Below, piece after piece: positions 25,656 to 38,959 of a stretch of DNA of 64,000 nucleotides. The DNA comes from Paraspadella gotoi. Taxonomy: Eukaryota > Animalia > Chaetognatha. The stretch lies in NCBI GenBank assembly GCA_051294375.1, contig CM119264.1, positions 2,497,631 to 2,561,630 of the forward strand, given 5' to 3'. Position 1 is the first letter of the stretch. Each line of letters opens with the position of its first letter. A program made the translations under genes and the position numbers. The notes under the pieces were generated by a model. It was not told the origin of the DNA. It was given only the letters and a program-made list of their open reading frames with translations, and did no database searches.

Positions 25656-27190
25656 ATGGCGCTCGCGACGTCGATTCGCCTTCGGCACCTGATTTTCTTC
25701 GCCGTCGCTTTTTATTCTTTCGTCGCTTCAACAAAAGGCGAATTCGCTGTCGGAAACGACGACGACGACGACGACGACAACGACGACGTCGACGAACGAG
25801 CGACGACGACGACGACAACGTCGCCCTTAGGGTCACAGACTCGTCTGAAAGACAATTTCCAATTTGGGTAAGAGTTTCTTCCGCTCAGGAAAAGGCGCGC
25901 GGTCTTGAAGACGTGTGGTCTAAAAGGCGAGCAGTCTTAAATGCGTTTGGTCTTAAAGGCGTGTGGTCTTAAAGGCATATAGTCCTCAAGACGTGTCATG
26001 GATCGGTCTTAAAGTAGTCTTAAAAGTAAGAGATCTTAAAGGCGCGTGATCTTAAAGATGTGATGTCGTAAAGATACGTGGTCCTAATGGTGTGTGTGTC
26101 TTAAAGCAGCACAATCCTAATACTTAACGGATGCACCGCGCAGTCCTAAGTCCGTGCTGATGTAAAGGCGCGCAGTCTAAAAGACGCGCGGTCTTAAAGG
26201 GGCTCAAACTCGAGACAAATTGGTCTTTTCTTCTCGCGTTTAGAAATTTGGAAAATGGGGTGACGGAGCCGAAGATTAGTTTCGACTACAACGACATTCG
26301 CTACGACGAGCGATCGTTACGCAGGTCCTTCGCCATCTCCCTTTAAAAATTGTTTAATTCTCTACGATTAAAGTTTTTACAAAATTAAAAACTTGTTTTC
26401 TCGAAAAATCAGTTTTGCGGAAACAACGGATGAAAGACGGGCAAATTATAGATTGACTCCCGGTGATTATCATTTTTTTAAAATATTATCGAAATTTATA
26501 ATACGTTTTGATTGATTATCTTCGCATTTCCTACGACAAGAATTTTTTTTGAAGAATACGATTAAGACTAATCATTTATTCGTTCTTTCCTTCCCTTAAT
26601 TGCGCGAAAAATTCAATTAACAAACCTGGAACAGCGAAAAGACAACGCAGCACTTCCGCTGAAAAATACAAGCGTTCGCGCGGTGACAGCGCCTCGAGCG
26701 GGAAAAAAAGAAAGTTCGTGAAGGAACGACGGAAGAACAAAAGGTGCTTTCGAAAAATCATTAAAAAAAATGGAGGAAAAAAAAACACATTAAGAAAATA
26801 TTGGAAAACGAGATTAAATTATTTCTTGTCGGTGATTGAATATAACCTCTAAAGCAATGGCGATTAATTTTATACACCCTGTATGGGGAAAAGAAGGTCC
26901 CCATTAAGTTTTTGAGTACCGAGACCTAAACTCGGGCCTCGAGTCATTGAGGAAGATTGGTTTTTAGCCGGGCCAGAGTGTGGGGGGGGAGAGGGGGGTT
27001 GGACCGCGTTGTGGGGGTTTGTTAGAGAGTGTGTATGGGTGGAGACTCTGGAGAGAGTAAGGTATCTCTCGAGAAAGAAGGCGAGGTTGGTATCTGGTTG
27101 GAGAGGAGAGAGGGAACTCAAAAAATATGACCTGCCCGCGCTTTTTACCCGTGATGTTATGGATGCCATTAAGGGAACGAGAGGCGAGAA

Positions 27191-27270
<80 letters not shown>

Positions 27271-27996
27271 TGAGAAGAGGAAGATGAGAGATGAGAGAAA
27301 CAAGGGGCCAAAATACCATTTTGGTTTTTTTGTTAGCTTTGGTTTTCAAAAATAGTTTGAACAACGTAATTTTTTTTTACATAAAATCAAAGACGAAAAA
27401 TTTTTTTTTTTAGAAAAAAATATCGGAATTCAGTCAATAACATCATCGACGGAACGACATCTCCCGTCGACGTTGCTGCTGCTGCTACTGCTGCTGCGGC
27501 AACAACTGGGACTACAAATGGTAAACAAAAACAAATTATACGTAATATCGATTTTTCTGAAACATACAGTTAGTTTTTTTTCCATTATTTTTTCTCCTTT
27601 GTTTTTTACTTCTATATTTTTCCTTTCTTTATTCTGCTTTCTATTTTTATTCTGTTTTCCTTCCATTCCATTCCATTTCTGTTTTTTCGGTTTTCAAATA
27701 ACCTTTTTCACGCTCCATTTTTTTTCTGCTCCGGAAATGAGTTTTCAATCATAGCTATTTTTTTCTCCTTACACTCGACGTATTTTGTCTTCCACCCATC
27801 CCCGGTCCATTCCCGGGTCCGATTCTCGGTCCGATCCCCGGTCCGATCTCCTGTCCCATCCCCTATCGGTCCAGTCCCAACTTTGATCTATGTTTCGATT
27901 CTGACTTCGTCTTCAAGCGGGCACTAACGTTTTAGTAGTATATCAATTCTAAATATAATTGCAATAAATTCATTTTCCCCTCTCTCTCTCTCTCTT

Positions 27997-28053
<57 letters not shown>

Positions 28054-28169
28054 TTCCATGCACCACCCTCATCCGCCACGTCCCCTCCTGGGGCGACTTC
28101 TCTCTCGGAGAAGAAAAAAGTTTCCTTCTTTGAGGACAAAACGACGACACCGACGACGACCGACGACAC

Positions 28170-28200
<31 letters not shown>

Positions 28201-29481
28201 TACGACGGCGACGACGACGACGACTTCAACTCCCCCGCCAGGATTGTTTGACTCTTCCACCCGTTTGTCGCCTCGAGCGAGAATGAGATCTGATTCGAAA
28301 AAAGGCGGGAAAATCGATCCGAAGAACAAGAAAATGTAAGAATAGGGAGAAGGATTATAATTTAAAAATTATTATATAATTTGAGTTTATAAAATAATCA
28401 AATTTAATTAAAACCTCTTTTGACAGTTTCATTTTTCATGAGGTTACATTCCAATTTTCGGCTTTTAAATTATTATCTAACGCCTATCTATCACTTGGCT
28501 AACAATTTTGGCCAAAAGTTAACTTATTTTCAATCACGTTCCAATTCTGTAAAATAACTTTCGATTAATTATTAATAATTAATAATAATTGATAATTAAT
28601 AATTAATTATTAATAATTAATAATAATTAATTATTAATAATTATTAATTTATTAATTAATAATTTTTAACCTTTAATTCTCCTGTTAAGGCAGAGTCGAA
28701 AATTCTCCGTCGCTATGCAAGTACACGTTTTTCGTTTGGGACGCAGACGGCGCTGAAGTCGGTTGCGCCGCTAAACAAAAAGACATCGACGATGAAAACG
28801 ACGACGACGACGAATCTCAAGAGGAAATTAGGAGAAAAAAGAGAAAATACAATCGGGATTATGACGCCTCTGACGGTGAGAAAGCTGAGAGTAAAATCAG
28901 GTTTTTATTGTTAAAAGCTCATTTAACATTAAATTAATACAGCTTAGTAAAGCAGCGATGTTCTCATATCTTATCAGTTTATGAAATTGGTAATACCAAT
29001 TATTTGACACTGAAGATCGGGCTGCTTTTCATTTTGTTATTATGTCACACCGGAAACAAAGACTAAATTTTGAATTAAAGTTTTTTATACAATCTTTGCT
29101 TCATTCACATTATTTTAATTTTTCGTTTAAATCAGTTTATTAACTTCATATCCAACATTCAATTTTTGACACCCGACTTTGAAACGAAAGGATTACGATA
29201 TGGCAACGTATTATACAATAGACTTTATTTAATTCTTCAGTTGACTTCACTTGACTCCTCTTCCCTCTTCAATTCCTTCCTCGATCCTTCAGGCTACACC
29301 AAACGAGAGACGGACGAGAAGCTCGAAGATCTCCGCCTTTTCCTTCAAGATCTCCTCGCGCAGAAGTTAGAAAATCAAGAGATTCGATTCCAGCGGAAAA
29401 TGGGAGCGAAGACTAGACCGGCGCGCTGGAGAGAGAGAGAGAGAGAAGAGAGAGAGAGACAGAGAGAGAAGAGAGAGAGAG

Positions 29482-29551
<70 letters not shown>

Positions 29552-31026
29552 GGCATATGAGAGAAGAGAGAGATGAGAGAGAGACTGAAGGAGAGAGAGA
29601 GGAGAGAAAGAGAGAAAGAGAGAAAGAGAGAGAGAGAGGTAAAATTCATTGCGATAAAGGTGAGCTAATAGAAGAAAATTAAACATACATTAAGATTATT
29701 CTCGTTTATCTTCATTTTTTTATTATAGTTAATATCTTTTGTCGTTGTTGTTGTAATTTTTTTCAGTTGAGAATTTCTCAGAAAAGGTTCCATCAATGAG
29801 TCGCGCCGAAGTCTTCAAGATTCTCATGGACGAGGGTCTCTTGCGTGATTCGTCCAACGCGAAAGGTCTTACTCATTTTCTCCGGTTTTATTTGTTAAGA
29901 GAGAAATTGTTAAAATTAAAATTGTATTTTTATCCCAAACGAAGAAAATACTCCAACGATCTCGACCAAACAAGAGAGCATCGCGGTCCCGAAGAAACTA
30001 GCGCCCTCTGCAGGTCGTCAAACTCGTTTTAATTTTTTTAAAACTATTTTTAAATACATTAGATAGTAAAGATTACTAACTTTTGAACTAAAGTTGAAAT
30101 CGTTTGCTCATTTCTCCCATTTTTTTTCTCATCGGTAAGAAAAAAAATTATTTTCACAATATTTTCGCTTTAAAATTTTCCCTGAAATCCTAAAAAGATT
30201 TTTATTTAAATTTAACGTTAAAAAATCCCCAACTTCCAAATGAATCGAGCTTCACTTTTTCGCTTTGATTTTTTTGCACAATAAATCACCGCTTTTTTTT
30301 CACGTGACTCCAAAGTAAATAAACATTAGTTTATTATTATTTGTTTGTAACTTTCAGTTTCGTTGGATATTGACCCCGTGAGAAATCGTGAATTATCAAA
30401 ATTACGAAGAAACAGAGAAAAAGTTGTTTTCAAAGACAAAAAAGGTTTGGAATGAAGTTACGAAGTGAGATTTTTGTTATCGGTTATAATTTGAACACTA
30501 GGAATACAAATAAGGAAGAACTAAAGGCGTTTGATTATTATTTATCAGTAACATAAAATTAAATTAATAATCTTCCCTTGGAGAGAATTGTATTTAAAAT
30601 TTTAAAAAATTTACGCCTCTTGGAGACGAGTAGTTAAAATCACAAATATATATTTTCCTTGTTTTTTTGTTTTTTTTTTTAAATCGATGAAATCTAATCC
30701 CTCCTTCTCAGAGCGCCATCTTCCAGATCCTCCTCCGCCGCCGAGTTCCTCCGACGTGTTGCGTCGCCTCGACGCTGGAGGGACGATCGACTCGAAGACG
30801 ATGAAGGCTGTCGAAGAGAAGTTGGAAGAGCTCGAGGATTACTATTTCTACGCCAAGGAATTGTCGGAGAAGGTATTTATCTATCTATCTGTCTGTCTGT
30901 CTGTCTATATATCTATCTATCTATCTATCTATCTATCTTATCTATCTATCTATCCTATCTACTCTATCTATCTATCTATATATCTTGTCTCTATCTATCT
31001 ATCGTCTATCTTTCTATCTATCTATC

Positions 31027-31096
<70 letters not shown>

Positions 31097-31167
31097 TTAA
31101 TAAGATTTTTGGGCCTTCCTTTCTTTCTTTCTTTCTTTCTTTCTTTTTTCTTTCTTCTATAATGTAT

Positions 31168-31234
<67 letters not shown>

Positions 31235-32595
31235 CTCTCTCTCCATTCCTCTCTTTTTCAGATCGATCAACTGGAGTCTGAGAACGAAGGTTTGCGACAG
31301 ACGACGAAAGAAATTCTCCGCTTTCAAGAAAATCTCGACGGATGTCCGAGCAAAGGTTCGACTCGGTTCTTTGTGTCGGTTTTTATTAAAAATGTAATTA
31401 ATTAAATTAATTTAATTTATTTCTAACATGCCTGTCCAAAGCCTGTCCAAAGTCACGGGCTAGCTTATTTATTAAATGAATAGATAAATTTTATATTGGT
31501 TGTACCAAATTTCATGAGATTACACAATTTAATCATGAGCAACTTATTAAGCGAAGAAAGACAGTATTGTAAAAAAATGATTACAGCTTTTCCTCGTTGC
31601 TATAGAAACAACGGAGCGGATGTTGACCGAAATCGGACGACGGATTTTTGGAGAAAAATTCGAGGAAGAAGGGAAGACGTCGTCGACGACGTCGTCGACG
31701 ACGACGACATCCGAGGAAATGGAGAGTGAGGACTAAGGGTGACATCGACGTAACAAGACATTTATTAGTGTACAGATTTTACTATTCGCACTTTTTTTTT
31801 TCTCGTCAATTTCAGAATTAATGTACATGATGGAGAGCGTAAATAACACGTTGAAAAAGTTGAAGGTTAGAAAGGTTTGACATTTTGCGCAGTGAAGACT
31901 CATGGTATTTTACTATAACGAGCCTTAATAAAATTTCTTTTATTATTTTTTGTTTTGACTTAAAAGGTCGACAACATTTATTTACGTCAACGAGCGGACA
32001 AACTCGAAATTCAGTTGGCGAAAATTAACTCTTTGGAAAATGAAATTGAAGTAAGCTAACGAAATTTCTCATTATAAAGTTATAAATATATTAATATAAG
32101 CATTATATAATATATATAATCTAAAAATTATAGCCTTATTTTTAAGGAGTTCCCCAACGGAGCGAGGGACGCCCAGATTTCTTCTCGCAACGAAGTCAAA
32201 AATGACAATGACAACAAGGTCTACAAAGAGCAAAAGTTGCCAAACGGTGATTAATTTAAATATAACTTGTTTTGGAAACGGCACACGTCTGATAATTCTA
32301 AATAATTCTAAATAATTCTAAATAATTCCTAATAAATTTCGTTTTTTTAATTTATTCCCCATTTTTTCTTCTTTTCTGATAACGCCCCTTGTTCTTTTGT
32401 CAGACTGTTCGGACCTGCCAATTGGGTCACCTACCGGAGTCTACGAAATTCAACCCGACTTCCATGGAACAAAGGAGCATCGCCAAAGCCGTCCCAACTT
32501 GAGTTTTCGGGTCTTTTGCGAAAATTATTTGGGTATTTTTTTTTTTTTTTTACTGTGCTTCTCTTCTTAGATGTCCTCAAGTCTCTCTCCTCTCT

Positions 32596-32664
<69 letters not shown>

Positions 32665-34556
32665 AATCTCTCCAAAGGTCGAATGTGGACTGTGATCCAG
32701 CGACGCGTTGCGCCCAACGACCCGGCCGCCCTCCCGCCGCCGGCCTTCGATCAGACGTGGGACGCTTACAAAAGAGGCTTCGGGAATTTAGAGGGAGTGA
32801 GTGGAACATTGGACTTTGGACATTGGACTTTGACAATGACAATGACGGTGCCAGTGACTATCGAACTTTTCACGACATTTGATGACATATGTAGTTGACG
32901 CAATTTGTATAAACGACAAAGGATAAAACAATAACAAGAAAATTTCAAAAAAAGCCACAAGGGACTAATCCAAAAAATCCATAATCTTAGATTTTTTTCA
33001 GGAATTTTGGATCGGGAACGAGGTTCTTCACGCTTTGACGGACACTCGATCGCGGGCGTCTTCGTCGTCGTCGTCGTCGTCTCTCGTCCTCCATGTGGAC
33101 ATGACGTCTTGGAACGGATCCCGTTTCTTCGCGGAATATGACGATTTTTGGTTGGATGGAGAAGAGAGACTCTATCAGGTCAGGGGATTGGTAGACGTCG
33201 TCGTCATCGTTGTCGTCGTCTGCATCATAATCAACATCTTTGTTGTCATCGTCGTCGTCATCGTCGTCATCTTTATTGTCGTCTTTGTCGTCTTTGTTGT
33301 CATCTTCATCATCACAATTGTCTTCTTCGTCTTTCCCTCGTTTCAGATCCACGCGTCGAATTATCGCGGCAACGCTGGCGATGGCCTCATTTGCGGCGAA
33401 GACCGCGACGACGATCGCCGCTACGGCGAAGACCGCAACGACGATCGCCGCTACGGCGAAGACCGCAACGACGATCGCCGCTACGGCGAAAACCGCGACG
33501 AAGAATTGATCGGCGGCGAATCGAAGGGGAAAGAATTCGTCCCTAATCGTTTCGTCGCCAAAGATTACCCAGTCTTTCCGGGTGGGTCGGAGGCTGTGGT
33601 TGTGGGCAGTGGGCAGTGGGCAGTAGAGGGTGGTAAGCGAGCTGCCGGCTGTGGTCGCTAAGATCTAAGCAGTGAACGGTTGGCAATGGGCAGTGGAGGG
33701 TGGTAAATGGGCTGCTAGTTGTGGTCGGTAATATCTAAGCAGTGGATGGTTTGAAGTGGACAACAGTCCAACGGCACAGGACCGTGGTCCAATTTGGGGT
33801 AAATTGTGTCGAAATTTACTAATTTGAATTGATGTATTAGTTTGAGTTTATGAAATTAAGGAGCGACGGAAGAAGGATCATCGTCGTTCACGAAGTTGAT
33901 GCAAGGCGCCTGGTGGTTTCCCTCTTGTCCTGGTGAATCATTAAGTTTTTATAATTTAATTTAATTTTATAATTTATAAATTGAAGGGAGTCTTGTAAAA
34001 ACAGACGAATAAACTTTTTCAAGTATTATTAGTATATTATTGTTTGTTTTCAGTTTTGAACCAAACCTTTTTGGGGGGAATTTTACAATTTTAATTCAAG
34101 TTAATCTACGATATTTTCTGTCTATGACTAAAAAAAAAAAGGCAAATGGCCTAGTGTAAAGGTTAGGAACCATAATGATAATATTCACTCATGATTTTCA
34201 TTGATATACTTAATACTTTTCCAATTTGCAATGTCTGCAATGATCCTTAATTGTTTGAATTTTATTTTTAGTGCCATTAGTGCAATTAGTCTTGCTCAAT
34301 ACTCATTTATTGTTTAAATGTCATATTGTTTCAAATCGTTTAATCTTCTTATTGTCTTAATTGTCAAATTGTCTCTTTTATTTCAGAAAAAAAATAATTT
34401 TTTTTTGATTTCCCTTTTTTTTTCCTTTCAGGAACTCATCTGAACTCTAACATCATTTGGCTCCGTAATTGGCTCGACTCTGTCCAACACATCAGATCCT
34501 CAACAATGAAGTTTAGTCCCAAAGAATCTCCCAGATGGCGCGAGGGAACGACATGA
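25656..34556 (+). CDS. Secreted angiopoietin-like fibrinogen-related domain (FReD) protein, many small exons
   Basis: Signal peptide MALATSIRLRHLIFFAVAFYSFVAS; Thr/Asp-rich exons; CKYTFFVW..C (angiopoietin-like N-terminal motif, ~28715); coiled-coil-like exons; FReD motifs DCSDL..GVYEIQP, FRVFCE, WTVIQRR, FDQTWDAYKRGFGNL, EFWIGNEVLHALT, FAEYDDF, YRGNAGDGL, GAWWF, IIW..STMKFSP. Stop at 34554-34556. Middle exon boundaries are uncertain. Confidence 0.8.
25895..26200. repeat. Degenerate ~16-bp minisatellite in FReD intron 1
   Basis: Tandem variants of GTGTGGTCTTAAAGGC with no unique spacers. Confidence 0.75.
30878..31096. repeat. (TCTA)n microsatellite
   Basis: Long imperfect TCTA run; other (GA/CT)n tracts at ~27190-27300, 27980-28050, 29430-29640, 31145-31245, 32580-32665. 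Confidence 0.9.
33394..33500 (+). repeat. 27-bp coding tandem repeat (~4 copies) within the FReD
   Basis: CGGCGAAGACCGC(G/A)ACGACGATCGCCGCTA-type unit encoding GEDR(D/N)DDRRY repeats directly after YRGNAGDGLIC. Confidence 0.85.
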
Positions 34557-35075
34557 CGTGACATGACATCACATAACGATACACGATGATATAAATTCAC
34601 AAAATAAGACAATTTTTTTGTCGTTTAATTTAGGAACTGTTTTGTACATGTCGACCGACGAAAAGTAAATCATATTAAAAAAAAATATCTAAATTTATTT
34701 CGTTGACACGGTCCAAATTTGATGTTGACTTTGCGAACGCAAACTTTATCTCTCGTTTTCTAAATTTGTCGTTCTGATCGTTTTAAGTCTTGTTGTGTGT
34801 GAGAAAAACCAACTGTTATTCTGTCCACTTACGTTTTACCCAAAACTTATACGAAATTTTAAAAAAAGTACTTAAAAAATCCAATAAATGTAGCAATCTT
34901 GCCTTACAGATTATGAATTTTTAATGATTATCTCGAAATGTAAAATTGATTTTGATTGATTTGATTGTTTTACAAATCGATTGTTAATTCATTGCAGTGT
35001 TTTTTTTTTTTTTAACATTCCACAAAAACCGAAGTCAAATTAAAAAAAAAAGAAAAAAGTTTTTTCCCTTTTTTC

Positions 35076-35757
35076 TCACAAGTTGCACTTTTGTTTCGGG
35101 ACGAGGGTGAACTTTTCCTCCACGCCAATCTTCGTGGCGCAGAGGGTGGCGCCGGCGCCATGCTTATGCCACGTGTCGACGCCATCGGCTTTGAGACGCA
35201 GATAATAGGTCCGACCGGAAGAAGGATGAAGATGGGCGAAGGAGATGGAACCGTCGGGGTTAGAGATGATTTCGAATTGGGCGTTCGGTCTGGGAAAAAG
35301 TGGAAGGAGATGGGGAAGTAGGAAAGCGGTTGCCGTTGGAGGTATTTAAAACTAAGGATGGGAAATAATAATTAATATCGTGGCGAAAATAATACGTTTC
35401 TCTCTTCTCTCTCTGTCTCGCGCTTTAGTTTCTTATCACGTCAAATTCTTTTTTAACTAAAATAATGAAAATATAGTTAAAGGTTTCCTCAAAATATAAA
35501 TGAAAATGTAGGGAAAATAAAATAAACTTCTGGGATTCAAACACATAGTTAAAATAACAATTTTAATTCGTCGCCCTCTCCCGGTTGCCAGATTAAACAC
35601 GCGAATTTTTTGGCGTCAAATTTAAGTTTTTTTTTCCCCAGAGAATAAGACTTTTTCTTGGTTCCCTTTTTGGGTAGTTTAAAAATACTTAAATATATTC
35701 TTCTGTACAAGAGTTAAAACTATTTTTCTGTATTAGAGTTAGTTGGCAGGAATTAGA

Positions 35758-35790
<33 letters not shown>

Positions 35791-38334
35791 NNNNNNNNNN
35801 AAAAAAAAAAGGTCTTTAAATTACCACGAGTTAACGAGGCTGAAATTAGCGAGATACCCGTTATAACGAGATACCCGTTATAACGAGACTGAGAATCAAC
35901 GAGATTAACGACTTAATGAAGCAAAAGCTTAAACGTCGGATTTCGAGTTGACGATTTCATGATTAGAATATGAGGTCGTTGAACGATTGAACGGTTCGAA
36001 AATAAAAATTAATTTATTAATTTAAAAACTTAAATAATAACAAAAATAATCTAAAAATTAATTTATTAATTTAAAAACTTAAATAATAACAAAAATAATC
36101 TAAAAATTAATTTATTAATTTAAAAACTTAAATAATAACAAAAATAATCTAAAAAATAATTTATTAATTTAAAAAATTAATTAATAACAAAAATAATCTA
36201 AAAATTAATTTATTAATTTTTTTGCCTTTTTATTTCAACCGGATATCGCTTTCCCAGATTTTATTATTTTCTCTTTCCCTTTTGTTTTCTTTTCTTTTCT
36301 TTTCTCACTTCATACCCTCGTCCATCGGTCAACGCGACTTCGCAGCCTTTCTTCGCGACCCGCATGGCCACGGCCTTCTCCGGCCACGCCCTCGGGATCA
36401 GCGAGACCCGCAGCCGGGCACCGCTGACCCAGACGGGCAGGAGGTCGAAGGATTCCGCGCCGCCGCTGTAGCAGCCGAACTGGGCGTTGAGCAGCGAAAG
36501 GCCGGGGTCGGCCCGGAGGAAGGCGTTGGGGACGAAGAAGGAGCNNNNNNNNNNNNNNNNNNNNNNNNNNNNNNNNNNNNNNNNNNNNNNNNNNNNNNNN
36601 NNNNNNNNNNNNNNNNNNNNNNNNNNNNNNNNNNNNNNNNNNNNNNNNNNNNNNNNAAGAAGGAGAAGGTGAAGGCAATTTGTAATGCCTATCAATTATT
36701 ATTGGCATAATTATCAATCGTCTATCGTCTTTATTGTTTATAACAATAATAATTCAAACGTCGTCTTCTTAATCTTCATTGATTTTTAGTTATCATCATC
36801 ATCATCATAATAATAATAATAATAATAATAATTATAATAATAATAATATAATAATAATTAATAATAATAATAATAATAATCATCATCATCATCATCATTT
36901 TCCTTACCTATACCCGACGTGAGCCATATCGGCTTCACGTGATCATCAAGTGAGTCTCACAGCCGAGTTGGGGCATCCCGCCGTAACCGTGGACAGCGAC
37001 GACCGTCTTCTTGCCATCGCCTGGGATGGAGGAGGAGGAGGAGGAGGAGGAGGAGAGGAGGAAGAGAGAGGAGGAGAAAGGAAAAAAGGAGGAGGAGGAG
37101 AAGGAAGAGGAAGGAGAAGGAGAAGAGCAGGAAAGGAGGAGGGGGAGAGAAGAAGAGGAGGAGGAGGAGAAGGAAGAAGAGCAGGAAGAGGAGGAGGTGG
37201 AGAAGAGGAGGAGGAGGAGGAGAAGGATGAGAACTTTTTAAATCAATTTTCTTAATGTACACAACGTTTTATGAATTGACTTTAAAATTCCAAAAACAAG
37301 AATCAGTCCCAGTTTTATCCTTTTGTCTGAAATCCGTCCTACTTGAGTTATGCTATTGACTTCGCTTATTTAAAAATATACATTTAAATATTTTCACTTT
37401 TCTTTTAAAAATTTTTTTTTTCTTAATCATTGCCATTTTTTAAAGATATTATTAGCCACCAATCTAATTAGAATCTTGTTAGAAAGTCATTTATTGAAAA
37501 GTCAAAATATCTAAAAGTCTGAACAGAAAAGGGTGGAGGTGATAATTTCTTATGGGATAAATGTTATCTATGATTCGTTACTGTTGAGGAATAAAAATAT
37601 AGAGTATAATTGTAGGTTGTATGTTGTATAATGTATATATGTTGCAATCATAACATTAATAAACTCCCCCTCCCTCTTTTCGCTCTCACCGATGTCCACA
37701 AAGACTGGACTTCCGCTCTGCCCGCCGTACGTGTCGGCCATGTAGTAGATCCTATAGTCGGACACTGACTGGATCGGTCCGTCTATCTCCCACATGGTGC
37801 CGGGCAGCTTGTCCCCAGGATATCCGCAAGTGGACATCCGTTTGGCGGAGAGGGACGACGCCGACTGGGAGGACGTCCAAGGGAATCCGGTGATGTTGAG
37901 AGTTTTATCTGTTTGGAGGAGGAAAAGGTGAGGGGAGGTCGGTTGTGAGGTGAGAAGGTAAGGAGGTGAGAAAGTGAGTTTGTGAGGAAACGAAACTGTG
38001 ACTGTGAATGGAAGGGATTTTCGTAAATACCTTTTAATTTTTGATAAAGCATTAAGAATACCGTATCAATATTTACGTATTGTGTATCATGTAATACTTA
38101 TTTTATTGCTTCGTCCTCCTTTGGTCGAATCCGTCAGATCTGATTCCATCTCAATTTTTAAATCTAAATCCCGTTTTGTTTTTTTTAAATAAATCCTAAA
38201 CATCGAAAAATCACAATCCCTCTTTCTCCGTCAGTCACGTGACCACTCACCGGCGCCGCGGGCGTCGAACTTCTCCTTGAGGTAGACGGCGCCGATGTCG
38301 TGATTTGCGGCGCCGATCGATTTGTAGCGCGAAT
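35076..38334 (-). CDS. 3' exons of a V8-like glutamyl endopeptidase (S1B) plus C-terminal fascin-like beta-trefoil
   Basis: Exon 38251-38334+ NHDIGAVYL (catalytic Asp). Exon 37690-37908 CGYPGDKLPGTMW..YMADTYGGQSGSPVF (catalytic Ser). Exon ~36908-37020 VVAVHGYGG(CPNSAVRLT) with an apparent indel. Exons 36316-~36560 (partly N gap) and 35076-35289 encode trefoil-like repeats. GT-AG boundaries in frame. Confidence 0.8.
36004..36220. repeat. 49-bp AT-rich tandem repeat (~4.5 copies)
   Basis: AAAAATTAATTTATTAATTTAAAAACTTAAATAATAACAAAAATAATCT repeated in a protease intron. Confidence 0.85.
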
Positions 38335-38359
38335 NNNNNNNNNNNNNNNNNNNNNNNNN
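38335..38359. other. Assembly gap at duplication junction (other gaps 35791-35800, 36545-36656, 60847-60871)
   Basis: Runs of N. Confidence 0.99.
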
Positions 38360-38959
38360 AAAATATCAAAGATTCCGGTTTAAAGAAAAGCAGAGATAAT
38401 GCATCCTCAATAAATTTGCTGGCCAAGATTTATCGGAGTAATCCTTTGACCGGAGAAAATTACATTATAGAAATGATTAAGCTGGAAAATTCTAAACTAA
38501 CCTATACTTCAGATTGGATTCGAATCATCATTAATTTTTTAAAATGACATCCAGTTTTAGCCATACTTGAAAAAAAATTAAACATATTCATTTCATTTTT
38601 TAGTTAATTCATATTATGTTTAATTAGTGAACGTCATTTTCCGGTTAACAAAACTAATCAGGTTAATAAGGTAAAAGGATGACGAAGTATTTTTAATACA
38701 AAATCTAGACTACATAGAATGAATTGATGCGAGTGTAACAAAATTAGTTTGTTAACCGATACTTATGAAAGCTTTATTATTAAAAATTTCTTCTATTTCG
38801 AACCCAAACGTCATACCCCTCCAGACTAGACGTCACTATTGTAATAGCTAAAAAAAAATAAACCTTCCCACTATTAACTTGAAATACTTCGGGTAATCTT
38901 TCTTACGGAAATTACGGCTCCAAAAGTAGGACCACCATCGAGTCTGTGATATGAACATG

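Noticed and set aside
25895-26200. Regularly spaced short repeats resembling a CRISPR array
   Set aside because: Units are contiguous and degenerate with no unique spacers, no cas genes, and the context is a eukaryotic intron.
26870-31281. ORFs rich in SL/ER/IYLS repeats (also at 59851-60489 and elsewhere)
   Set aside because: Translations of (CT/GA)n and (TCTA)n microsatellites.
33600-33760. ~70-bp diverged tandem duplication after the FReD repeat exon (also short repeats at 27800-27880 and 35850-35888)
   Set aside because: Ordinary intronic minisatellite-type duplications with no further structure.
35076-38334. Bacterial contamination as the source of the protease
   Set aside because: The coding sequence is interrupted by GT-AG introns with the same microsatellites and composition as neighbouring animal genes.
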